Assembly: GCA_000320545.1 (NCBI GenBank)
Contig: ADNK01000411.1
Span: 1 to 64,000, forward strand
DNA length: 64,000 bases
Origin: Bigelowiella natans CCMP2755
Taxonomy: Eukaryota > Protista > Cercozoa
Reading direction: 5' to 3'
Of the stretch, positions 23,835-38,208 are shown piece after piece; position 1 is the first letter of the stretch, and the number at the start of each line of letters is the position of its first letter. The notes under the pieces were generated by a model that searched no databases, was not told the DNA's origin, and worked only from the letters and a program-made list of their open reading frames with translations. The position numbers and the translations under genes were made by a program.

Positions 23835-26074
23835 ATGTCTATTCAAATATCAAATCACCGAAGGAAAGCATCTAAGTCGAAGATTCCCATCTCTCCAGGG
23901 CTTATGACGAGTACCCGACCCAACTTTTCATTTGATGACAGCAGCCCAGAATCTGCAAAAAATATGTCTTCTATCACCACTCCAACGGCGTTTTATCCAG
24001 GAGGGTAAATCACACACATGCAAATAATATTTACAAATATTATATATGTATATATTTACACTCCCGTGCCTGTTTTTCGTATACCTTGTGAAATGGATCA
24101 TCATCATCTTCTGATATTATTATCAGATCCAAATTATCGCTGTCCGACGAGACTACCTTGAAATCAAGCATGCAGAATGGTGGACCCAGAAACGAAGCAA
24201 CCATCGTCAAACCACTGTCTGGATATATAAACTCTAATTAAATTGGAGAAGCTGCAATTGTTAATTCTTTTGGTAACCCTTATAGAAACCACCGTTCCAA
24301 GCAATCAGCGACATCTAGCACCTCTTCATCAATGTCGAGTAGGAGGCCTACGATAATGAAGTAAATTGTTTTCGTTCCATACTAACAGTCAAGTTGTCAT
24401 CTGTCATCATCACCATCGTTATTGTGCTCACATAAAGGTTGAGCTTGAATAAGAGGAGGCACTCGCCTAATCCTAACCATAGTCGCATTGAGAAGAGGGC
24501 GACGAACCACGCTTGCGCCACCAGCAGTACAAACACGCCCACTTCTTCATCAACAAAAAGGAAGCTAAGCAGGTCTCCAGGAACATCTCCTCGTGTTTTG
24601 GAGCTAGCATCTACCAGAGCACGGGCGCCTTCTCGGTCCAGGTCGCCTAACAGTAGTACACCACGAAAAGAATCAACACCGAGAGCGCGGAAATCAAGTA
24701 GGAGCAGAACTTCCAAATCATCGAGAAAGAAGTCTTCTCCTACCTCAAAGCTCCTAGATTCGTTCTCGCGCAAACAGAGGAGCAGCTTGGACGAGGATGA
24801 TACCGAAGAATCGTCAAAGCGAAGGACCTTGAGAAAGCTGTAAGTTCCTCTCCCACTACTACTTGACACACAATTTGAGAACAACTGTGACTTTCTGCAA
24901 CTTTCTCCCCCGCGCACTCCTTGTTTAAAACATCATCATCTGCTTACTCTCACAGATAATATTTGTTATTATTTGCCATGGAGTAGCTCTCGGGGTAAAA
25001 ATCAAGGTGGTGCCTCAGGGCAGAATATGGAGAAGAAAACGGTGTTACCACTATATTCAGCAGCAGCCGCAGCAGCCGCAGCAGCTGCTTTAAGTCCCTC
25101 CTCTTCACATTCGAATAGCACAAGTAGCTTGTCTTCATCAGCACCTATCAAAGATTCCCTAGTGTCGCTATCACACACTCTGTCTAGTTTTAATCCCGAA
25201 GACGACGACCGCGTTGATGTCACTAAATTGCAACAGAAGAAGGAGAAGAAGAAGAAGAGGGCAAATGATGAAAGCAAAGTAGTAGTAGTAGCGGAGGATG
25301 ACGGGGAGGAAAATTCTAGAGAAAAACTGATAAGAGATGGGAGACGGAAAACGATAGTGTTTCGACGTCGTGCTTCTGGTCATGAGGAGGACGATATATC
25401 TCGAGCAAAGATAATAAGAGACGAGAACCGCAAGACGATAGAGCTTCGACGCCATTCTTCGGATCACGGGGGTGGGGATTCTGGGGGAAACTCGATAAGA
25501 GATGAGAACCGACAAACGATACAGTTTCGACGTGGTCGTGCTTGGGATCACGATGATGAACATAGCGTTGATAGCGGGTCTGAATTAGGACAGGGCAGTT
25601 TGCAAAAGAGTGAGGATTCGGTCAAGGTAGGCTTTACCCGAGCCCCCACAGTAGTACTAGGCGATCGAAACAACGCCCTGAAGAAGCAAAGACAAACGAT
25701 ACTTCTAAACCGGAAACTTACTACTAGTCACGAAGACAAAATGGCGAGGATGACGCTATTCTCCGATTTCCCCACCGAAGGAGAAGAATCCAAAGGAGAT
25801 AATGCGGCCAGCAATTCCGATTATGAGCTAAATGCTGCATATGATGAGCTAAGTGCTGCTGCAGACAATTTCGCAGAAGTTTCGAAAAAGAGGGCAAGGG
25901 CACGACTTACTGCGAAGTGGGCGTCCTCAGAGAAATTCATGGGAAAGCCAACAACAACAACAAAAACAACAACATCCAACAACAATAATAGGAATAATAT
26001 TAATAGTAGTACTAGTAGTGGTGGCACTGCTGTTGTTGACCAGGACGCAGGTAATGACATACAATCACAAACAA

Positions 26075-26110
<36 letters not shown>

Positions 26111-27410
26111 GGACGCATGGCTGTTGTTATTGTTGTTGTTGTTGTTGTTATGGAGCTTTAGGAGATAGCATTGGAAGTATATGATACTGTCATGGTGGTG
26201 TTTCTAGGTGCAAGGATCCAGAAGCGTGGCAACATTAGCGATGAGGAAAACTACAACTTGCGAGTGTGGATAAGGCGGCTTAAAGAAAATATGAGCGAAA
26301 TGGAGGAGCAGGTGTGCGATTATTCGACAAACCATTCGTGTCCCGTCGTCGCTCAACTTGAATTTTTGTTTGAAGAACAAGACAAGAATGAGGGAAGTGA
26401 GAACGCAGCACAAGGCGGAACTTAAAATACTTCAACGAAAATTGGACGTTGCATTGAAGGTGGTAGTACCTGCAAATGTACCACGAATGTCTTCGATAAA
26501 AACCACAGAATATATGTACTAAATACCTACCTGTGCAGAACGCTTCTTCGCCAGGGCAAACCTTGTCCCCTCCCCAGAAGACGGTAAAAGAGTTACAGCA
26601 AGCCAACCGAGAAGAGATCAAGGACATCAATTCAAAGGTATATGTGTGAATAACTTTCAACTGCCATCGCAATGTAAGTAGTAGCATGGACGCTTCTTAC
26701 CTGTCGCAGCTCGTCGTCGTGTATGCTAACGAAATGGTGTATTATTTTTATTGTTGTGGTTCCAGGTGGACATCTTGGAGAATGTCCTGGAGAGATTAAG
26801 TATGATTTCATACTGAATCATAGCTTTTTTACCACTGTAGTGTAGTAGTAGCGATCCTGATATATCAGTACCGGTGTTTCAACCGACCCCCTCCCCCCTC
26901 CACAAAAATGTATGTTTTGCTTTGATGCAGTTGATATGTTCTGCTGACACTGATGCTGTCTGATAGGTGCTCATCGAAGCTCCTCGAATCTGTTGGTGCT
27001 GCTGCCAAACGGCGGTGAGAATAGCGATCCCCACGCACAAGCGACGACAGCTGATCTCCAATCTCTGCAGAGGCAGGAGCAGGATATCAAGATGACTCTG
27101 AAAAGAGAGAATACATTGATGGAGAAGCAGATTGAAGGGCTCCAGAAGAAAGTTGCTGATCTCGAAGAGAAGAATAGACAATGTGCGTAGGCAGATCTCC
27201 TCCTTCCTTTTCCTCTTCTTCGTTCAAGCATCTTGGATTGATTAGCGTTTCTTGTGTGTAAACGCATAATAATGATAATAATCATCATCATCATCATTAC
27301 CACCACAACAATAATAATCATCATAATAATAGCCGATATCGAATCCAATCTATCTCGGAAGTGGGCGCATGCTGTTGAGAGAGAGCTCATTCAGGAGAGA
27401 GAGGTTATAA

Positions 27411-27450
<40 letters not shown>

Positions 27451-28083
27451 GCCTGTGCTATCTACTATCATGCCATTGTTACCATTGCTACGATCGACTT
27501 CCCTATAAGTGACGGATTAGCATAATGATACGAGATGGTAATGATAATGATGGTGATGATAGTGATGATGATGCGTGCGGCATCGAACCCTATCCTTTGT
27601 TTGTCTATCAAAGGCGTAGTTTTGCACTGTCGCTAGATACCCCACTTATCAATAAACCCTGCCTCTTTCCGTTTTCATTCGTTCGTAAAGACCACACTGG
27701 CACGATTATCACGTGTACATATCTCGAAGACTAGATGCTCCACACACACAGCAATCGCATGCTCTCAGTAGTCGTAATTGGTTGTTGTCATCATCATGAT
27801 CAGGAAGCTGCTGCGTACGTATCACGGCTTCTTCGTATTGTCGGAAGAGTTACAGGGGGGGGGGGCATGGATAAAATGGGGCGTACACAGATCGATCATA
27901 GTTCTTTATCATTTTTCTGTGATGAATAAAGTAATAACATCCTATGTGGCTTGTTGTTGTTGTTGTGTTGTTCAGGAAACACTCCGTCGTGAGGCCTCTC
28001 GCGAAATGAAGCTGCTGAAGCCCGTCTTTGGTACTGCTACTATCGAAAGATCCGCACCGGACATATTGTGATGATGATGATGC

Positions 28084-28115
<32 letters not shown>

Positions 28116-28232
28116 GTGACGGTGATGCTGAGGGCGATTGCGGCGTTCCTCGATAAGGATGACTATGATAATCTAAGATGAGGTTCCAAAAAGAGGGACC
28201 AAAAGTGTTGAATTGAGTCGTGTGTTGTTCGG

Positions 28233-28268
<36 letters not shown>

Positions 28269-28432
28269 TTCCTGCCTCCTAGGTTTCTCGCTTTCCGAAG
28301 ACAAGGATGGTGCCTCGAAGAAAGTTGTTATTGGTAATATTGAATCAGAAGGGCCAGCTCAACGAGCAGGGTTGAAGCTTGGAGACACCTTGGCTACATT
28401 AAACGGTCGGTATTTTTATACATAATATTTCT

Positions 28433-28478
<46 letters not shown>

Positions 28479-28879
28479 ATACATCTTATATTACCATTTT
28501 CAACCCAAAATTTATCACCGAAGATTCAGCGCAAATCCTTTTGTGGGAAGTGGGACGTGGCTTGCTTCCTTGGCAAAAACCTGCTAAATAACGAATTTGA
28601 TCTCTTCATATATCGGCGACGTTGCATTCTTTCAAAGGATGATCCTCCTCCTCCTCCTCCTCCTCCTTAACATATTTATATACCGTAGGTCATGTGGTAA
28701 AAGAGAAGAGAAGCTGCCTCATGTTCCTGAATGCACTAAGGTGGTGGTGGGTGGGGTGTTCATACCGCCCAACAGCAGTAAAAACAAACGTGTTTGCTCG
28801 CAACTATTGAATCAGGCCTCAGGATAAGGTACACATTGGACTTGAGCGAGATGGAAAGGCAAATCTTGTCAGCCTGGAG

Positions 28880-28913
<34 letters not shown>

Positions 28914-30073
28914 GCTGCACAACAACAATAACAACGACGACGACGACGACGCCATTTTTGTCTCGACTTGGAAGCAGAATGTACATATGTCATCGGCAAA
29001 CAACATATTGCATATTAACTTACCTTGTCATTACGACGAAGGTTGGGGGCAAATCCCTTGGGGCACGACCGATGGAGACCGCGCGGTTACGTCAGATAGT
29101 CAAAGCGAGCGGAGGAATCATCCCAATGTAGTTGAGATCATGAGCCAATGAATGATCACTATAAGGAATAATTTTGCTTTTCTACCGTTTGCAGAGAGGA
29201 GATCGAAGCCGCTTGCGAGACGAGCACATCAGAAATAATAAAAACATCAGATGACCTCCCATCTTCTTCCTCTTCTTCAAAATTGAGTGACATTAATGCG
29301 ATGGGGATGCAGGATAAGAAACCAGCAGAGAAACATCAGGAACGAAGATCACGAGGAGGCTCAGTTACGGAATTGCCACGATCGTCATCATCATTATCAC
29401 CATCACCAAGCAGCACTCGACGTGGCCTATCAGTCGGAAACGTCAGCAGCAGCAGCAGAGACAATGGCAAGAAGAAGAAGAAGAAGAAGAAGAAGCAAGA
29501 ACGAGAAGCTACTACTGCTACTACTACCACCACTAGCACTACTACCGTTGTTCCTAACTGGAAACGAATAGGTACATGGTCCCATCCACTAGAAGAATCA
29601 GAAAGAAGCCAATATCTGCTACCACCACCAGCTGCCGACAAAGATCAAGAACAACATTCGTCATTTTCGTCGTCGTCATCATCGACGGGTAAAACCATTG
29701 CTAGAAGCCGCTCACTCAACCGGTCAAAGCCTCCTGCTTCTGCTGCTGCTGTTGGGGCAGAATTGCGCACCTCCAGCAAAAAGTCTCGCACTAGCAGCAG
29801 CAATTCAAGAAAGTCACAAAAGTCGAAACGCCTGAGTTCTGAGAGTTCCGTTCGTCGCCGTTACAGCTATTCCACGGTGTTCAAGCGGTCCTCTTCCTCT
29901 AAACCGAAGGTTGGGCACAGGGATTCATATCTATCAATAGGAGGAGGAGGAGGAGGAAGGCAAAAGAAGAAGCAGCAACCCGTTAAAACTAAAATAGACA
30001 AATGGATGGATGATTGGATCAAAAAAAGCCCTCCTTTGCAGGTGGCCACATACGTTTATAATAATATGAATTG

Positions 30074-30112
<39 letters not shown>

Positions 30113-30136
30113 CCTCGGTGCGACCGGATGATTAAA

Positions 30137-30180
<44 letters not shown>

Positions 30181-30890
30181 CGTAATAGAAAGAATCATTG
30201 CCGCGCACAAGATGCCAAACAAGACGTGTCGATGTTTGAATAGGTCTCTTTCTCTCCAACGGGAGAAAACGGTAGCAGGTATGAAGCCAAGTATAAGTTC
30301 GGAACGAAGGTAATGATAAGAAGGGTCTAAGAACTAACTACAGAAAAATCTTCATTGTTGGCAAAGTTAGGTGCATTCTGATTGAAGTCGTTTTCCTTCT
30401 TTGACTTTGATATCAGACCATTCATCTCGTTATGTTCTGTGGCACCGTCCGCGTCCGTGTTGGCGGGGTACATTTATAATAAGATTTGCGTCATCATCAT
30501 CATCATCGTTGTTGCCTTTGTTGAAACATTTCTCGATACATCTACCCATCAATCTTCTCGGTAAGAATGTCAATTTTTTCTTTCTTCCTTTTAACATCAT
30601 CAAGGGTACATTAAGCCTCGAAGAATTTATCGCTCAAAATGAAGAGAACGAAGAGTCAAAAATGAGGTTGCTTTCTAATACGTCTACGAACGCAAATGAA
30701 ACTCTCCCATTTTAGTACGTTTTAGCAGGATTTTCCATCAGTTTTGCGGGTAGGCGGACGTAGTTCTTGTTGCTATTTTGAATTAACCTGGACCCGTTTC
30801 GATATTTTGAAGTTGAAGGTGATCTGATGGACACTTTCTTGATAATTATGTAGAAACTCCAGACCACCGACCCCTGTCTTGAGAAAGTGA
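23835..30890 (+). CDS. Large low-complexity/coiled-coil protein with one PDZ domain; ends approximate
   Basis: Ser/Arg-rich exons, then coiled-coil exons (LRVWIRRLKENMSEMEEQ; LKRENTLMEKQIEGLQKKVADLEEK). PDZ: KPVFGFSLSED...VVIGNIESEGPAQRAGLKLGDTLATLNGHVV...VHIGLER (28020-28880). Confidence 0.78.
30079..30180. repeat. Paired (TA)n tracts plus (TG)n
   Basis: Read directly; intronic. Confidence 0.95.
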
Positions 30891-32166
30891 AAGGCTGTCG
30901 ACGAAGCCTATAGTATTTTGCCTTTTCCTTGCGTAGTGATTTATTACCAATGCATATTTGAGAGGCTATGATTTAAAATAGTAATATCGAACCACGAAAA
31001 GCAAAGCTGCAACTTGCTCTCGCGTCTTATGCCTTTGGTAACAGTTTACTAGCTGGAGTAACTTTAACATCGTCATACGTCCTAATTAATCTATTCATGT
31101 TACTGACGGTGCTGGCCGCGGTGTAACGTGACAACTAGAGACTTACTAGCGCTACCGTAAGAACTTACGCTACTCTACTCATGCGATACGTAGCCGCGCT
31201 GTGTGCTGCGCCGGAGCGAGGGGGTTCGTGTGAGTTGTTCTCATCACAATGAGTCATCCCAGCTTCAATAAGCGTTGCATGCGCATTGACTGACATCCAT
31301 GTGTTGAAAGCGCTAAGCCACACTGTGTCATATGCATAACGTGCTCACGCTGGCGGGGCGCTACTAATGTGCCGAAGTCGTGAGAATGCGAGAATGCTCC
31401 AGCTAGCTGCAATGTGGCAACGTTGTCTATATAGTTGCTAGGTTGGCTGCTGCATTGCAGCTGTGCTGTGCCGCACATTTCTTATTATTCTCGTAAAGAC
31501 ATCATTATGAGATGGACTAGTGCATGGATGCAATGATCAAATTGAATTTCATCAAATCAAATGCATTCATTCAAAGTTTATTGCGGCCACAGCGCTCAAA
31601 TTGTGGACAATCGTTTCTGTTATGATGTCTTTCATGCATGCATGAAAACAAAGCAAATCGCTAGATCGAGCGGCGAGCGCGTCGCGCCGCACACACGCGC
31701 GTTCGTTTTTGTTCCCCTGATGGTCGTTTGGTTTCGTCGTCTCTCTCCATCATGGCAGTCAATTGATTGCCAGGTCTCGTTTGTTGATCATGCTCAGGGC
31801 AGCCCAACAAATCAGGTCTACGTCATCCAACATAGTTACAGTCTTGATGTTTCATCTATCGTAGGTTGCTGCACGTCTCTTGGTCTGCTATACAGACAGT
31901 GTTCGATTTCACTTCCAGCAACGATGAAGAGATACGATAAATGATGCCCATGTAATTGTGTGAGTATGCAGGCTATGCTACGAGATACGGTTCAGATCGT
32001 TGATAAGCTTGCATATTTATTGATGCGGAAAACTAGGCTATTATAAGCACATACATCTTCAATTTCAATACACATGACTGCTTGGCTATCACATCTCACT
32101 GCTACTGCTGGAGAACCACTCTTTTACTACCGAGGATTGCATTATTACAGCGCTTGCATGATAGAA

Positions 32167-33059
32167 TCATAATCGAAGGTGGTCACGCGCGGCATCGAAC
32201 ATGAGTTTCAGAGTTTTATCCAGCATCTGGCTCATCTGTAAAATAATATTGTTATTTAGTGTTAACATAGCACCTATTATAACATATGCGCGCGCGCGCA
32301 CACACACACTTACACACACACACATACACATCGAAATAAACACACATTGAAATATATGTATGTATATTTAAATATACATCTATGTGGTGCGTGAGTGTGT
32401 GTTGCTGTGAGAGTGATAATCAGTACTCAGGTGTACCTCTTTCCAACTTTCAATAGCACTTTTCAGTTGATCAGGCTCTTTTATTGGTCCAGCTTTTCCA
32501 TGGACATCACAGTACACCTCGAAACAAGCTGGCATACCGGGAACATGTGACGCTCTCTTGATTTGCTTCAACAACTGAAAAAACTACCTTTCATAAGAGA
32601 TTTTCCGGGTGGAAACTTTATTCCAGGGGCTAAGCTTGCGGATCTAGCTGCGATAAAATGAGACGGTTGGAGCTACATACAGTTGCATATCAACGTCTAA
32701 TATACTACCTGCCTTCATTGTTATGGATACGACGTCGAGCATCTTCGTAGGAGATTTCTCGAGCAGGTGCATGCAGATGCTTGTATGTAGACCATGTTCA
32801 GATAGGATGAGGAAAATTGAAGTGACATCGAGACCTTGTGGGATGATCTTTACTTTTCTCATGCTCCGGAACTCGCTCGTATGCGAGCTTTAACATCTCC
32901 AGAATGGTGACCTGCTCAGGTTAGGATGCTTTCTCGTTAGCAAAACATCGACCAATCATAACCACCCCCTTGTGCTTTACTCGTGCGCATCACCAAGATT
33001 TTTCGAACCTTCTTTCCCTTCTTTGATTCATCCAACTTCGTTTTCTCTTCGCCCTCCAT
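32167..33059 (-). CDS. Small protein with a PB1/ubiquitin-like fold (tentative)
   Basis: Exons MEGEEKTKLDESKKGKK, ...ITMK|IRKLSPWNK|LLKQIKR...EVYCDVHGKAGPIKEPDQLKSAIESWKE|MSQMLDKTLKLMF. This resembles the PB1 pattern Y-x-D-x-x-G-x-x-x-I-x-x-x-x-x-L-x-x-A. Confidence 0.5.
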
Positions 33060-33289
33060 GAAGGACTCCAGAACGTGCTCGAACCCGTGTCTGCAATGGT
33101 TGGAGCGGTTTGTCTAAGCGCGACTTGGATATTCCAATAATTATTAAATAAAATGTCCTTGAATTATATTTATTCCATCAAATCCCCGGTTAGCCCCAGG
33201 GAGGCGATGGTGGATCAAGCGTGCGCCACGGTCCGTGCTCAGCACTTCCTTGGAGCTTCGACCTCCACATAGACAACGAGCCAGGAAAC

Positions 33290-34950
33290 ATGTCCGGGAA
33301 TGTCCTTGCTGCGCTTCTCGGAGATTCAGATGATGAGGTGAGGATAACATCCTTCGACGAACCACCTTTTGAAAGTCATCAACATCACCTTCTGTTGCAG
33401 CGCGAGGAGGACGTATTGGAGGAGCAGGGGAAAAGAGGAAAATCCAAGAAACTTTCAGCAGGTGGTGCAAATATCGTGAAAGTATCTGAGAAGGGGAAAA
33501 GGAACGGAGATTTGCCAGGAAGACGAGGTAAGGGAAACAAAGGGTCTGTTCCGAACCAAAAGGCGATCAGGGAGGCAGCCGGCGAGAAAGCAGGTAGAAC
33601 TCAGAAGGGAGGAGCAAATGTAACAACTGAAGATCGAAGAGAAACATCGAAGATCAATCGATCATACGATGGCCGGAGAGAGAAGCGTGGTAATTCTTCT
33701 CCCCAATCCAAAAAAGAGAGGGAGAAATTGCTGCGGACGAAAACAGGAGCGAAGTTCATTATCGGACCACGAGTCGGGAGCAAATCAGCGACTATAACCG
33801 CTAAAAGCCAACGTAGGAATTCTCCAAAACGATGCCAGCGAAAATCTCCGACCCGGCGGAGTATGAGTCCAATTAGAAAATCCGGTAGGAACCAATCGCC
33901 TCCCCCCGCAAGAGCAAACAACCCACGAAAATCAACAAGGAAAATGATGGGCCGAGGTGAGCATATAACACCTTAGTTTCTACGTCGTCTCATTTAATCG
34001 TGATCTTTTTACCGAAGTCTGTTGGGGTGTGTGAGAGGGTATCGTATAGCTGGTAAATAATATTCATTGCGCAAATATTCCCTCCTGCTTTGGCATGGCT
34101 GGCAGGTGGCGATGATAGGTACAAAGATACTGCGGAGCATGGACAACAACAGAAGCAGCTACTCGACGCTCGGGGGCGAGATGGGAGTCATTATCATCAC
34201 CATCATCATTCCAAAGGTGACACCGTTAGGAAGGGGAGAGCAGCCGTCGTCACCACAGCTAATGACCGTGGCAGAGAGAGGCCTCGTCCTAACTCGAGAA
34301 AAGATGATGGCAACAGAGACAAACAGAAAATAAATGACAGATCTGAATACAGTAGAGCTAACGACGAGGGAAGAAGGAAACACTCAGCATCTGCTTCTTT
34401 CTCCTCAACTTCCACTTCACGAAACTTCTCGAGGAGCAGCTACGGAGCTGGACGAAGTACTAGGAAGACGACGTATCCTCCATTATTCACTGACGATAGT
34501 GGTGTCTCAAAGAGGAAAAAGGAAGTTGATACTGGGAAGGGGGGAGGTAGAAGTTCCAGACAACGGCGACTATCACTCTCTCCAGGTCGAAGACTAAGTG
34601 TAGCAAGGAGGCATCGTTCATCGTTGCCTTCTTCTTCTTCTTCTTCTTCGGAATTTCCTAATTATAATCAAAGGGATGATGATGATGGAGACATGGAAGA
34701 TGGTAGAAGATTGCGTGGCAAGAAAAGAGGGAGGGTGCAACGACGTGATCCATCCTCCAACTTTCATTCCAAAGTGTCTTCTTCTTCTTCACGGGGGAGG
34801 GGAGATCTCTCTACGAGCTCTCAACAGCGCCCCCCTTCCTCCTCCTCCTCCGCTTTATCCTCCTCAATGGAAGAGAGACGATTTGTGGTTAGGAGAACAC
34901 ACAGCGCTAGCAGCATCGAAAGGAAGAAGAGGGCGACACAAAGTAGCAGC

Positions 34951-34981
<31 letters not shown>

Positions 34982-35191
34982 CGTAGCTGCAGTGTCCATA
35001 CTTTGAGTAGAATCCTGTGTAGAAGTAGTAGCAGTGGTGATGACAATCAACTCAACACAATGGTGGTGCTGCACGAAAGGTGGTGGTGGGACAAGAATAA
35101 AGATCACAAGACTGCATTCATTCGAAATGCATATTGGAAGTGCTTCATCATCAAAACACTGCCAACCACACTGCTGCTACTTTGTGCACAT

Positions 35192-35263
<72 letters not shown>

Positions 35264-38176
35264 CAAATGTTCATCAGACGACGCTGTTCCAGAAAGAAAT
35301 CATAGAATACAGCGTAAACACAACGGGGAAACAACTCGACACACAAGGAAGGAGCAATCCTCCTCCTCCTCCCCCCTTGAATCATCAACGGATTATACAA
35401 GCTACGAAGATCTGGGACCCCTGAAGATAACAATAAAGGACGATGATGATGATGATCATCATCGCAACAAAGGAAAGACCGCGGCGGTAAGGGATGGTAC
35501 CCCCTCCCAGGACGACGACATCGTGGGAGTGAATGAGAAACTGAGAATAACGGTAACACTGGAGGAGGAGGAGGAGGATGCCTCTTCCAATGTGAAGGCC
35601 AACGGCAACAGCACAGGAGGAAGAAGAAGAAGGAGGAGGAAGGCAGCATTAAATATTGTTGGCAGTAAAGAATTTGAGAGGAAGAACCCATCATCATCAT
35701 CTTCGAGAGTAGTGCTTGGCCAGCAGCAGCAGCAGCAGCAGCAGCCGCCGCCTCAAGAAAGGACTGCAAGCAGCCCCACGACACTCATGCTACCAAAGAA
35801 GAAGAAGAAGAAGAAGGAGAAGAAGAAGGAAAGGAAGAGTACGACGACGACGACGACGACGACGACAACGAAGCAACAGCAGCAGCAACAGCAGCAGCAG
35901 AAGCGCAATCTTCGGAACAACCCACACGACGGTGGTAGTGGTGGTGCCGACAGTAGGAAAACAAAGACTACAGCTGCCATCGATTTGACCAAGGATGATG
36001 ATGATGATTATCCTCGGAAAGTGATGATTGGAACAACAACAACGGCCAACAATACTAGGTTAGGTGGCGAATTACAGTCTGTTCCTAGCAGCGCACCACC
36101 ATTATCATCTTCTCCCTCTTCTTCCACATTTTCACCACCACCACCGACTTCACGAATGCGGAGGGGAAGTTCAACCAAGTTATCATCATCATCATCATCA
36201 TCATCATCGAATTTAGCGGCTGGACTGAGAAGCCAACAAGAAAGAACACATCCATCGTCGTCATCATCGTCACCACCACCACCACCACCACCACTATCAT
36301 CATCATCATCATCATCATATTTTGAACGAAGAGGAGGAGGAGGAGTTGGTGGTAGTGTTGATCGAGAGCGTTATTTTTTGTTGGAATCTAAACACCTGGC
36401 ACAGCTCGAAGAATCCATGCAACAAAGGAGATGGGTGCTCCCAAGTCCGGATGCTGCACGTCTACTAGATGATGCCTACGAGGTAGTTATAGTAGTGGTG
36501 GTAGTAGCTGTGCGTGCGGGTGTGGGTGTGGGTGTGGGTGTGGGTGTGGATGTGCTTACATGGTACAATAGTAGCACACGTTCATAAGATGAAAAGTGAC
36601 GTTTTTGAGCTGTTGCGCAACCACGAAGGTCTGCTTCCTAATCCAGGATTTTGCTGCTACTGCCTTCTCTATTACGCAGAGATCCAAACGCGTGACCCTG
36701 ATATTCTTCGTTCGAAGAGATAGGAGTTTCCACGGCTACGCTACGATGGTGACGACCGCTTTCAAAGGTGGTCGCAGCAGCAGCAACAACCTATGCTCAA
36801 ATTGAACTTTTGACTCTGTGCTTATGGATGCGCGTATTCAGGCGGCAGCAGCGGTAGGAATTGGTGCATTGAAGTGCGGTGTGAAGCGCTGTGTCAGCTC
36901 GCATTTGAACAAGCAGGAGACCTCAAAGACTCTATGAGTGGAACATCAGTCGCAAGGATGATGCCGCTGCGTCACCGTGCGCAAGAAGTTGACGGGCGCT
37001 GTGGCTCAAAACTGTGCTTGATAATGGATGCTCGCGCAAGAAGAAACACGATGATGCCAGAGTCAGCAGCTAGGAAACGGTAAATATATGAGCACATTTA
37101 AATATTCAGAAAATCGGTCTGAAATGACACCTTCGTGTGGTATGTCTCTGATTAGCGCGAGATCGAGCGATACAATAGACTACAACCCAAGGAAAAGTTC
37201 TCGCATCATCACTTCGGCAGCTGTAGCACCATTACCAGGAATGCGAGGTGGTAGCGGTAGAGCGGATGATCCAAACACAGGAGGAGGGCCAACGCTACCA
37301 TCGGCGCCTCCTCTCCCTCCCCAAACTACTCGGCATGTGAATAGTAGTAGTAGTAGTAGTAATTGGGACGTAGTTAGAAGGTCGCCTGAGGAGCAGCCCT
37401 ACAAGCAGAATATTCCTCCCCATCATCATCATCATCATCATCATCATCATGATCATCATTCTCTCTCTGCTGTTGATCGTGTGCCATCACCATCTTCACA
37501 CCAACCAGCACGGCCGAATCGCAGTCATCGGCGTGATTTTCCTCCTCCTCCTCCCCCTCCTCCTCCTTTTCCCCCTCCTCCCCGTCCTCCTCATGCTGCA
37601 TCACTACGTCGCCAGGCAGTACATCAGGAGAGCAATGGCGCCGGTGATGACCGTGCATTTCCTCCTTATTCTCGCAGTAGAAACTTCACTCCCCAGACAC
37701 GCCAGCCAGAACAACAACAGCAACAACAACGAGGACGACGCCCAGGATCTTCCCATTCTCATCATTATCAGGCGTCCACCCATCGCCCTTCATCATCGGA
37801 ACAGTACCAGCAAAGACCCCATCACCATCACCACCACCGCCGCCACCATCCCCGTGGAGCATTGACCGATCATGATTGCAACAACACCAACAAACAGTCG
37901 TATAATACTAGGGATCATGAGGGCCGTCATCATAGCAGAGAACACGATGATAGGAGAAGACAGTTGCAGCAAAGACGACGTCTTAATGATCAACACCAAG
38001 ATCCACTGCAGCAGCAGCAGCAGCAGCAGCAGCATTCGAGGAGAAATTATAATCATGATATGGCCCCATCGTCATCATCATCATCCTTAAAACCAATCAG
38101 AGCACCACTAGGCCCACCACCACCATTACCACCTGCCTACTCACAACGGAGCAAGAGTGGTGAGAGGGGTAGTAGT

Positions 38177-38208
<32 letters not shown>

